The notes under the pieces were generated by a model. That model saw nothing but the letters and a program-made list of their open reading frames with translations. It searched no databases and was not told the origin of the DNA. From contig OZ240219.1 of the NCBI GenBank assembly GCA_965197645.1, positions 2,368,001 through 2,432,000 of the forward strand: a stretch of DNA of 64,000 bases, written 5' to 3'. This DNA is from Dehalococcoidia bacterium. Its GTDB lineage: Bacteria > Chloroflexota > Dehalococcoidia > Plut-88900. The position numbers and the translations under genes are program-made. Shown here in pieces: positions 18,604-26,900 of this stretch. Numbering within the stretch: position 1 is the first letter of the stretch; each line of letters opens with the position of its first letter.

Positions 18604-18864
18604 TTTACTGACCTCCTGAATCTAAGTCCGCTGTTTCTCGGATGGGGTGTCCGCCGCCGGCAACTCACTTGATGCCCATAGCGCACTGCCGGCTGCCAAC
18701 ACCATGGAACGGAGGGGGTATGCCTCTGGTGACGAAAAACTTATGGATAGATTTTTTCCGGTGGGGAGGCATGGCGGCGTTCTACGGGGGGAAGGAATCA
18801 GAGCTACTTGGATCATCCCTGCGACAGGACCTGTGTCCTCGTAGGTCTATAGAAGTAAAACGAG

Positions 18865-18893
18865 ATTATAGGTGGGAAGATAGGCCTAGTCAA
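18865..18893 (-). promoter_or_regulatory. near-consensus sigma70 promoter of SBP copy 1
   Basis: TTGACT-17 bp-TATAAT. Confidence 0.8.
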
Positions 18894-19010
18894 TTCGGCG
18901 GGAAGGAGGCCGTTCAATTCAGTACCACCGTACCGGGCGCCCAGCACCGATCGCCAATTTGGCGAAAAGCCGGAAAGCAATCGGCATCAGAAAGTTCGAC
19001 GATAGCAAGA

Positions 19011-19049
19011 GGGGCTGGCCTTCCACGGAAGGCCAGCCCCTCTTCTTTT
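19011..19049. terminator. strong hairpin downstream of SBP copy 2
   Basis: same stem as at 17129; the central AC is the reverse complement of the GT in copy 1. Confidence 0.6.
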
Positions 19050-19081
19050 AGGCTATGTCCTATGTTGCGTAATCGGCTTGT

Positions 19082-20485
19082 CTACAGGCCCTGCTGCCAC
19101 TCCAAGTACTGCTCGTAATTGGTGTCGGTGTTCTCACCCCACCACTTGTTGTTGAAGAATATGGCGTACTGGATGTTGGCAGCCGAAGTGGGCAACTCAT
19201 CCCTCACTTCGTCAAACTCCGGCGCGTCCAGGAAGGGGAGCGACTTTACGTTGAGCGGCCCGTAGCTGATGTACTTGGAAAGTTGGGCGTTCCTCTCCGG
19301 GAACGAGGTCCAGGCGAGGAAAAGCTGGGCGAGAGTGAACTTGCGTGGGTCCTCCTCCGCCAAGCCTTTGATTATCATGAAGCTCTCGGCGTGGAGTACG
19401 TGACCGCAATGCCAGCAGATGGCGATGGGAGCACCCTCCTTGGCGGCGTCGTAGATTCGGCCGTTCCAGGCGGTGCACATGTCCAACTCGCCGCTGATGA
19501 GAAGCTGTGGGCAGTCGGAACCGGTCTGCCAGAAAAGGGCTACCTGGTCTTTGTGCTGGTTGAACAGCTCATAGGCGCGCTCCAGCTGGTCGTCGTTCAG
19601 GGTGCCCAGGCTGGCCCTGCCCTCCGAGGTGTCGAGAAGCGACGGGTTCTCGCCCAGCAGGGTAAAGATCAGCTCGGGGTCCGGATAGTATGCCCAGCCG
19701 CGTCGGCCCGGGTACCTTTCGGTGTCGTAGAAGGCCGACATGTCGGGCAGACCGTTGGGGTAGGATTCGGTGTTGTAGGCCAACACCTCTGACCATGTGA
19801 GGCCGCCGCCGCCGGTCCAAGGAGTCCTGTCCACTTCCAGCATGTCCCGGTTGTCGATGATGCTGAAGTCCAGCATCTCGAGCTCGTCGTTGGGGCCGAA
19901 CTGCCAGGCTCCGGGCCCGCCCCAGGAGATCACGTCCCACTGGATGTTGCCCGTCTCCACCTGGGCCCTGATCTTGGCGGCGGAGGGTAGCGTCTCTTCA
20001 ATGATCTCGATGCCGAACTGCTCTTGGAACGGGATGAGGTACGCCTGGCGCTGGGCCGCCTGGTAGGCGCCGCCCCAGGAGATGAACACGAAGCTTTCGC
20101 CCCGGTGGTTCACCAGCTCAGCCTCTATCTCTGCCTTGGTGGCGGGATTGTCCACCGTCCACTGGTCCATGGGCCTAAGACCATCGTCCGGGGTCTCCTC
20201 CACCATCACCTCCTCAGGCATTGCCTCTGGGGTCTCCTCCACCATCACCTCCTCGGGCATTGCCTCCGGAGTCTCCTCCACCATCACCTCCTCGGGCATT
20301 GCCTCCGGGGTCTCCTCCACCATCACCTCCTCAGGCATTGCCTCTGGGGTCTCCTCCACCATCACCTCGGTCGGCTCTGGTGTAGCTGCCTCACCACAGG
20401 CGGCCGCGACAAGCATCAGCACCATCAGTGTGGTAACGATGCCAAGTAGCGCCCGCCTTCGGGTTATCGCTTTGTATAGTTTCAA
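19082..20485 (-). CDS. ABC substrate-binding lipoprotein, PotD/PotF polyamine-like, copy 2
   Basis: identical to copy 1 except one I/L change in the signal peptide. Confidence 0.9.
   Translation of the reverse strand: MKLYKAITRRRALLGIVTTLMVLMLVAAACGEAATPEPTEVMVEETPEAMPEEVMVEETPEAMPEEVMVEETPEAMPEEVMVEETPEAMPEEVMVEETPDDGLRPMDQWTVDNPATKAEIEAELVNHRGESFVFISWGGAYQAAQRQAYLIPFQEQFGIEIIEETLPSAAKIRAQVETGNIQWDVISWGGPGAWQFGPNDELEMLDFSIIDNRDMLEVDRTPWTGGGGLTWSEVLAYNTESYPNGLPDMSAFYDTERYPGRRGWAYYPDPELIFTLLGENPSLLDTSEGRASLGTLNDDQLERAYELFNQHKDQVALFWQTGSDCPQLLISGELDMCTAWNGRIYDAAKEGAPIAICWHCGHVLHAESFMIIKGLAEEDPRKFTLAQLFLAWTSFPERNAQLSKYISYGPLNVKSLPFLDAPEFDEVRDELPTSAANIQYAIFFNNKWWGENTDTNYEQYLEWQQGL
20189..20369 (-). 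repeat. 39-bp coding tandem repeat, copy 2
   Basis: as at 18307..18487. Confidence 0.95.
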
Positions 20486-20740
20486 TTTACTGACCTCCTG
20501 AATCTAAGTCCGCTGTTTCTCGGATGGGGTGTCCGCCGCCGGCAACTCACTTGATGCCCATAGCGCACTGCCGGCTGCCAACACCATGGAACGGAGGGGG
20601 TATGCCCCTGGTGACGAAAAGCTTATGGATAGATTTTTTCCGGTGTGGAATCATGATGGGGATCACGGGAGGGGTGCCACGACGGGTTGGATCATGAGCG
20701 GCGGCCCCAAGTCCTCGTTGGTCTACAGGTATAGAAGTAG

Positions 20741-20770
20741 ATTATAGTCCTGAAAGATAGACGTGGTCAA
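20741..20770 (-). promoter_or_regulatory. sigma70 promoter of SBP copy 2
   Basis: TTGACC-18 bp-TATAAT at the position equivalent to the copy 1 promoter. Confidence 0.75.
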
Positions 20771-20919
20771 TCAGTCCGGAGGAGGGCTCAACAAATGCCG
20801 CCCTTAGAGCCGTCCCGTCCGGATGATTCGATTTGCCGAAGCGAAAGCATGGCGTGTCTCTCCCCAGCCTCAACGTTCCGGAACCCCCAACCCGAGACGG
20901 GCCCTAATCGGTTCAGGCT

Positions 20920-20948
20920 TTGACCTATCGGCCCACCGGTGATAGCCT
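20920..20948 (+). promoter_or_regulatory. sigma70-type promoter of the LLM cluster
   Basis: TTGACC-17 bp-TAGCCT with TG before the -10. Confidence 0.5.
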
Positions 20949-21010
20949 AGTCACACCCTAATCCACCCCGCTCGTTGTGGAGTCGTCTTCTAACTCGGAG
21001 GAGATATGCC

Positions 21011-22285
21011 GTGAAGTTTGGGATCTTTTACGAACACCAGATGGGACGGCCTTGGGAAGAAGACAGCGAACATAAGCTGTTCAAGGACGCACTGGACCAG
21101 GTCGAGTTGGCCGACCGCCTGGGCTACGACTACGTCTGGGAAGTGGAGCATCACTTCCTCGAAGAGTATTCCCACTCCTCCGCGCCCGAGGTCTTCCTGG
21201 CCGGGTGCAGTCAACGCACCAAGAACATCCGCCTGGGCCACGGCATAGTCCTCATGCCTCCGGGCTACAATCATCCCGCCAAGGTAGCCTCTCGAATCTC
21301 CACCCTGGACCTGATCAGCGACGGCCGGGTGGATTGGGGCACCGGCGAGTCTAGCTCTCACCTGGAGATGGGCGGTTTCCGGGTCCCTCGAGAGGAGAAG
21401 CAGGAGATGTGGCTCGAGGCCACGGAGGAAGCGGCCAAGATGATGGCTGCCAATCCCTACCCGGGCTACGATGGCAAGTACTTTTCGATGCCCCATCGTA
21501 ACGTGGTGCCCAAGCCCCTCCAGCAACCCCACCCTCCCCTGTGGATGGCCTGCAACGGTAGGGACGCGGTCCTTCACGCCGCCCGCCTGGGCATCGGCGC
21601 GCTGACCATCACCTTTGTGGAGCCTGGTGAAGCGAAGGAGTTGGTCGACGAGTACTACCACACCTTCAAGACCGAGTGCCGGCCCATCGGCCAGGCCGTC
21701 AATCCCAACGTAGCCATGGTGGACTCCATGATGTGCCACGAGGATGAAGCCGAGGCCAACGCCAGGGGCGTGGAGGGCATCCGCTACTTCAGCTACGCCC
21801 TCAGCCACTACTTCATGCACGGCACCCACGTCCCCGGCCGCTTCGATGTTTGGGACGACTTCAAGAAGAACTGGTCCCCCTCCAACGAATTGAAGGAGGT
21901 CTGGGCCGTAGGCACACCGGACCAGCTTAGCGAGTACCTGAAGACCTACGAAGAGGCCGGCGTGGACCAGGTCGTCTTCATCCAACAGGCCGGACGGACC
22001 AAGCACGAGCACATCCGCGAAGCCCTCGATCTTTTCGGTCGGAAGGTGATGCCCGGGTTCAAGGAGCGGGATGCGGAACAGGTCCAGCGTAAGATGGACG
22101 ACCTGGCGCCTTACATCGCCGAGGCCAATAGTCGAGTGCCGCCTATAGCCAAGCTGGATCCTATCCCGCCCGTGGAATCCTATGGAGTCATGGATGAACG
22201 CGCAGGCGAGGAGAGGCAGAGGGACGGCCTGGCCGGCAAAGTGGAGCGGGAGCTGCAGCTGGATAAAAGCTCCAAGGAAGGCTAA
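21011..22285 (+). CDS. LLM class flavin-dependent oxidoreductase
   Basis: WEVEHHFLEEYSHSSAPE, TLDLISDGR and PKPLQQPHPPLW motifs; GTG at 21011 after GGAGGAG. Confidence 0.93.
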   Translation: MKFGIFYEHQMGRPWEEDSEHKLFKDALDQVELADRLGYDYVWEVEHHFLEEYSHSSAPEVFLAGCSQRTKNIRLGHGIVLMPPGYNHPAKVASRISTLDLISDGRVDWGTGESSSHLEMGGFRVPREEKQEMWLEATEEAAKMMAANPYPGYDGKYFSMPHRNVVPKPLQQPHPPLWMACNGRDAVLHAARLGIGALTITFVEPGEAKELVDEYYHTFKTECRPIGQAVNPNVAMVDSMMCHEDEAEANARGVEGIRYFSYALSHYFMHGTHVPGRFDVWDDFKKNWSPSNELKEVWAVGTPDQLSEYLKTYEEAGVDQVVFIQQAGRTKHEHIREALDLFGRKVMPGFKERDAEQVQRKMDDLAPYIAEANSRVPPIAKLDPIPPVESYGVMDERAGEERQRDGLAGKVERELQLDKSSKEG

Positions 22286-22350
22286 TCTTGAGATCGGGGC
22301 ACTTTGCTCGTGAAATCCGATAAAACTCGTTCCCATCGGGAACTACAACC

Positions 22351-23511
22351 GTGAAATTCTCCATATTCACCACTATCACTGAGCCTGAGTATCAGGCCAC
22401 GCCCGACGAGAAGCTGGACATGCTCAGGGAGCAGGTCGTGCTGGCGGAGGAGATGGGCTTCTACGGGGTATGGCTGGGCGAGCACCACTTCGGGCCCTAC
22501 GGCAGCGGCGACGTGCCCAACCCCATCATCGTCGGCGCCGACCTGGCCGCCCGTACCAGCAGGATAAAGATAGGCCAGATGGCCAACATAGCCGTGTGGT
22601 GGCACCCGATTCGGCTGGCCGAGGACCTGGCCATCCTGGACAACCTGACCAAGGGCAGGATGGAGGTTGGCTTTGGTAGGGGCATATGGCCCTATGAAGG
22701 CCCCCAGTTCCATCCCAACGCCGACCCTCGCAAGGACAAGGAGAACAGAGAGCTGTTCGCCGAGGTGATCGAGGTCGTAAAGAAGGTATGGACCCAGGAG
22801 TACTTCTCCCACGAGGGTCCCAACTTCAAGTTTCCCGCCGACGACACCGAGTTCTCACATCCCCTGTATCCCTCGAACCCCGAGTGGCAGGATGGGGCGA
22901 AGGTCAACAAGCTGAGAGTGACCCCCAAACCGTATCAAAAGCCTCACCCGCCTCTATGGGCGACAGTCTCCACCGACAGATCGGTCACCATGGCCGCGGA
23001 GTTGGGACTGAACGCCTGCTATGGGCAGCCTCCCGTCCGCAGGGTGAGGCAGCGATGTGAGACCTATGCACGCGTGCGCTCCCAGGTGGAGGGGCGACCG
23101 TATGCCCTCGGAGAGGCCCAAGTGCTGGTACGCAGCGCCTACATCGCTCGGACGATGGAGGAAGCCAGGCGGGTGGCTGGAGAGGGAATCGTAGCGCCCT
23201 TCGCCTACAACGATCCCTTCCGCGGCCTGGATATCTTCCTGAACCCCGGCGAGAAGCAGACCCCCGATATGAAGCTGGACTGGGACTTCCTGGAGCCCCG
23301 CAACCTTTTGGTAGGGCCCCCCGATCACGTCATCGAGAGGATAGAAGAGACCAGAGAGGTCACCGGCATCGACCATATCATTATTGGACACGATCACCCG
23401 GGAGTCCCCCAGAAGAAGACCCTCGAGAACCTGGAGATGTTCGCCACAAAGGTGATGCCCTACTTTCGGGACTTGGAGGAGAAGCAGGCCGACGCCGTAG
23501 CGGCGTCTTGA
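22351..23511 (+). CDS. LLM class flavin-dependent oxidoreductase, paralog 1
   Basis: GEHHF, HPIRLAEDLAILD and PKPYQKPHPPLW motifs. Confidence 0.93.
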   Translation: MKFSIFTTITEPEYQATPDEKLDMLREQVVLAEEMGFYGVWLGEHHFGPYGSGDVPNPIIVGADLAARTSRIKIGQMANIAVWWHPIRLAEDLAILDNLTKGRMEVGFGRGIWPYEGPQFHPNADPRKDKENRELFAEVIEVVKKVWTQEYFSHEGPNFKFPADDTEFSHPLYPSNPEWQDGAKVNKLRVTPKPYQKPHPPLWATVSTDRSVTMAAELGLNACYGQPPVRRVRQRCETYARVRSQVEGRPYALGEAQVLVRSAYIARTMEEARRVAGEGIVAPFAYNDPFRGLDIFLNPGEKQTPDMKLDWDFLEPRNLLVGPPDHVIERIEETREVTGIDHIIIGHDHPGVPQKKTLENLEMFATKVMPYFRDLEEKQADAVAAS

Positions 23512-23802
23512 CAGGGTGTTTCCCAGAGCGCCGATTGGAGAGCCCAGAGTGCTTCTTTTCCCGAGTGACAGGGCGGGGCCCAGCTATACACCGGACCGCT
23601 AACGTCGGCGACTCCGTTTCCAACTGCGGGAGCAAAGGGTACGTGTCTCCAGCTTTAAGGCCATCCCAATACAGGCGGTGGGTGGGCTATCGCAAAAGGG
23701 GAGTATGCTTTGAGAAACAGGGCCATGGTGAGTCAAGTTCTGGAACAATAGGGTGCGTTTGACATATAATCCACAGAGATTCACTGCTAGGGGGCCAACA
23801 TC

Positions 23803-24963
23803 ATGAAGTTCTCAATATTCACCACTATCACTGAGCCTGAGTATCAGGCGACGCCTGACAAGAAGCTGGACTTGCTCAGGGAGCAGGTCGTGCTGGCCGA
23901 GGAGATGGGTTTCTACGGCATATGGATGGGCGAGCACCACTTCGGGCCCTACGGCAGCGGCGACGTGCCCAACCCCATCATCGTCGGCGCCGACCTGGCC
24001 GCCCGCACCAGCAGGATAATGATAGGTCAGATGGCCAACATCGCCGTTTGGTGGCATCCTATCCGGCTGGCCGAAGACCTGGCCATCCTGGACAACCTGT
24101 CCAAGGGCAGGATGGAGGTGGGCTTCGGTCGGGGCATCTGGCCCTATGAAGGTCCCCAGTTCCATCCCAACGCCGATCCCCGCAAGGACAAGGAGAACCG
24201 GGAGCTGTTCGCCGAGGTGATCGAGGTCGTGAAGAAGGTATGGACCCAGGAGTACTTCTCCCACGAGGGTCCCAACTTCAAGTTCCCCGCCGACGGCACG
24301 GAGTTCTCCCATCCCCTGTATCCCTCCAATCCCGAATGGCAGGACGGGGCGACAGTGAAGAAGCTGAGGATAACCCCCAAGCCGTACCAGAAACCCCACC
24401 CGCCCCTGTGGGCGACGGTCTCCACCGACCGATCGGTAACCATGGCGGCGGAGCTGGGGTTGAACGCCTGCTACTGGCAACCGCCCGCCCGCAGGATGAA
24501 GGAGCGGTGCGAGACCTACAAGCGGGTCCGCTCCCAGGTGGAAGGTCGACCCTACGCCCTTGGCGAGGCCCAGGCGGTAATGCGTAACACCTACGTCGCT
24601 CCGACGATGGAGGAGGCCAAGCGGGTGGCGGAGGAGGGGATAATGTCCACCTTCACCTACAACGATCCCTTCCGCGGCATGCAGGTCTTCATGAACCCCG
24701 GCGAGGAGCTCACCCCCGACATGAAGCTGGACTGGGACTTCCTCGAGCCTAGAGCCCTGTTGGTCGGCCCGCCCGATCACGTCATTGAGAGAATAGAGGA
24801 GACCAGGGATATCACCGGCGTCGACCATATCCTCATCGGCCATGCTCACACGGGCGTTTCCCAGAAGGATACCCTCAAAAACCTGGAAACGTTCGCTACG
24901 AAGGTGATGCCCTACTTCCAGGACTCGGAGGAGAGACGGACCAGCGCCGCCGCAGCCTCCTGA
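23803..24963 (+). CDS. LLM class flavin-dependent oxidoreductase, paralog 2
   Basis: same length (386 aa) as 22351..23511 and highly similar to it. Confidence 0.93.
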   Translation: MKFSIFTTITEPEYQATPDKKLDLLREQVVLAEEMGFYGIWMGEHHFGPYGSGDVPNPIIVGADLAARTSRIMIGQMANIAVWWHPIRLAEDLAILDNLSKGRMEVGFGRGIWPYEGPQFHPNADPRKDKENRELFAEVIEVVKKVWTQEYFSHEGPNFKFPADGTEFSHPLYPSNPEWQDGATVKKLRITPKPYQKPHPPLWATVSTDRSVTMAAELGLNACYWQPPARRMKERCETYKRVRSQVEGRPYALGEAQAVMRNTYVAPTMEEAKRVAEEGIMSTFTYNDPFRGMQVFMNPGEELTPDMKLDWDFLEPRALLVGPPDHVIERIEETRDITGVDHILIGHAHTGVSQKDTLKNLETFATKVMPYFQDSEERRTSAAAAS

Positions 24964-25075
24964 TAGAGCCTGCTTCAGGACTCCGCATCTAGGGATTCTC
25001 GAGGAGGGTTCCACTCCTCGGCGTAGGAGTTGGGTCAGGTTTCGGTCCTCAGACAAGAAGTACGAAGATGGCCTG

Positions 25076-26767
25076 ATGGGTAGAGCGTTGTCCGCAATGG
25101 ACAAACGAACTGGAGCGGGTTGTTGGCTGGCAGGGTCGTCACTACTTACCCACAGCCTGTGGTTGCTTGCCCTCGCTCTCGGCCTTGTGCTGGTTGCCGC
25201 CGCATGCGGGGAGGCCGAAAGTGTTCCGGACGAGCCCACCTCCTCGTCCGCAGAAGAGCCGGAGAGCGTTCTGGCTGAGCTCACCCCCTCGTACACCGGA
25301 GAACCGGAGGGCGTTTCGTACACACCGACTACCTCGGACGTGCCGAGGGCGGAGCACTCTGCTCCAGATGAGGCACAAACCAGTGACGATGACTCCTCCG
25401 AACTTGTTATGGGTGTATTGCCTCCCGAGTTCTACGGCGCCGGCACTGCTTCGTTGGAGGAGAGGATATACAATTCTGACGTGGTCGTCTGGGCGTACCG
25501 GAACTCCGTTGCGGGCAACGTGCTGGAGTTCACTGTCGAAGAGTACCTGAAGGGGTCTGGACCTGAACCGTCGTTCACTGTCCGGGCCCCCACCGGTGGA
25601 GGGAGCACGACGTGGGACGCGAGGAAAGCGGTGCTCTTCCTGACGGTGGCGCAAAGCGAAACCACAACCCGCTCCTCTGAGAGCCCTACAGTGGATTTCG
25701 TGTTCACGGAGACCGCCGAGTACTACACGGGGCAGCTTCCGGAGGGCTATAGGATAGGCACCCGGAACCCGGTGTGGATTCCCTCGAATACGGTGTCAAG
25801 TACCACAACGAAAAGCACCGATGACACAACGAAAAGCACGGAGGGAACATCGACCGCCAGCGCCGCGTTTATCATAGATTCCCAATCACCTTTGCTCGTT
25901 GCATCCCCCACTATATCCCTGGCGGACATTCGCACCACGATAGCCTGGATTGAAGGGGGCACCAACACTGTTGGGTACGACAGGTGCATTCGGTCTAGCT
26001 TGAACTACCTGAGATACTATCGCGACTGGGAAACGCATCATGGACGTGAGTGGGAGCCGCATCAAGCCGAGCACCAAGTGGCTTCGGGGATAGGGGAGGG
26101 GACCCTCATAGTCGACTATGGACATTATAGCAATCTCGGAAAATACGATGTATCCTGGCTCTCCGGCGACGATGCAGATCTCTTCGAATCGCTGATCGTG
26201 GATGACGACGAAGTGGCGTCCAACGGATACGGCGTGGTCATCGCGACGGCCCGGCCTCTGCCCAGCGGTATGTACGAGTTTGTGGATCACTCGCAGGGGA
26301 GCCAATTTCTCCCGTGCGGATTCATGCCTGAAAACAATAGGCTGTTATGGGTAGTAACGGTGACCTCGCCTCCAGGCACGGTCCACGAGGCCTTCTTCGA
26401 CCCGGCGGCCCTGACACCCGGCGTGGGGTTCTCGGCCACCTCCGGCGTTCTGGACCCCGCCACCTTCTCCATTGGCGGGACCTCCACCTCCATTACGGGG
26501 CTCAGGTGGGCCAGCAATGCCGTCGTCATGACCCTCTCCCCCTACGTGTCCCTATCGGGCCAGGCCGTTGATTTCACCGAGTTGGACGGCTCCGTCGGCT
26601 TGTCTCTGACCGCTTCATCGGCGACGGCGAACAGCACGGCCGGGACGCTGACTTGGAGCGTGTCGGAACAGCCGTGGGAGGACGGAGACCAGCTCATGCT
26701 GCGTATAGGCGTCCCTCCACCGGCGATATCTTTGAATGACGTGGCCGCCTCTGTGACCGAACCCTGA
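25076..26767 (+). CDS. secreted Ser/Thr-rich lipoprotein of unknown function, possibly C-terminally truncated
   Basis: hydrophobic signal ending in VAAAC, acidic linker, beta-rich C-terminus; start uncertain. Confidence 0.75.
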   Translation: MGRALSAMDKRTGAGCWLAGSSLLTHSLWLLALALGLVLVAAACGEAESVPDEPTSSSAEEPESVLAELTPSYTGEPEGVSYTPTTSDVPRAEHSAPDEAQTSDDDSSELVMGVLPPEFYGAGTASLEERIYNSDVVVWAYRNSVAGNVLEFTVEEYLKGSGPEPSFTVRAPTGGGSTTWDARKAVLFLTVAQSETTTRSSESPTVDFVFTETAEYYTGQLPEGYRIGTRNPVWIPSNTVSSTTTKSTDDTTKSTEGTSTASAAFIIDSQSPLLVASPTISLADIRTTIAWIEGGTNTVGYDRCIRSSLNYLRYYRDWETHHGREWEPHQAEHQVASGIGEGTLIVDYGHYSNLGKYDVSWLSGDDADLFESLIVDDDEVASNGYGVVIATARPLPSGMYEFVDHSQGSQFLPCGFMPENNRLLWVVTVTSPPGTVHEAFFDPAALTPGVGFSATSGVLDPATFSIGGTSTSITGLRWASNAVVMTLSPYVSLSGQAVDFTELDGSVGLSLTASSATANSTAGTLTWSVSEQPWEDGDQLMLRIGVPPPAISLNDVAASVTEP

Positions 26768-26900
26768 CCTGCCATTGAGCGACAGAGACCACCTGGACTC
26801 CCTCGATGCTGGGTTCCGATACAGACTCACTATAGGAGGACTGGGGCCTATCTCCCGGATTGATCCCTCCCACCCAGAGCGGTAACAGCAATAGAGGTTT

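Larger units (their letters stand above)
17124..18763. repeat. 1.64-kb direct duplication, copy 1
   Basis: near-identical to 19005..20645 (offset 1882 bp). Confidence 0.97.
19005..20645. repeat. 1.64-kb direct duplication, copy 2
   Basis: near-identical to 17124..18763. Confidence 0.97.

Noticed and set aside
18622-18816. 64-aa leader peptide upstream of SBP copy 1
   Set aside because: the frame is not preserved in copy 2, where the equivalent ATG meets an early stop
23812-25323. long antisense ORFs (this 503-aa one, also 20990..22336, 30254..31318, 36328..37539, 55404..56495 and others)
   Set aside because: they are shadows of motif-bearing genes on the opposite strand, expected from GC-rich codon bias, and carry no recognisable motifs
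26765-26767. selenocysteine readthrough at the TGA of the secreted protein
   Set aside because: no redox motif context, no obvious SECIS, and the in-frame continuation is short and not protein-like
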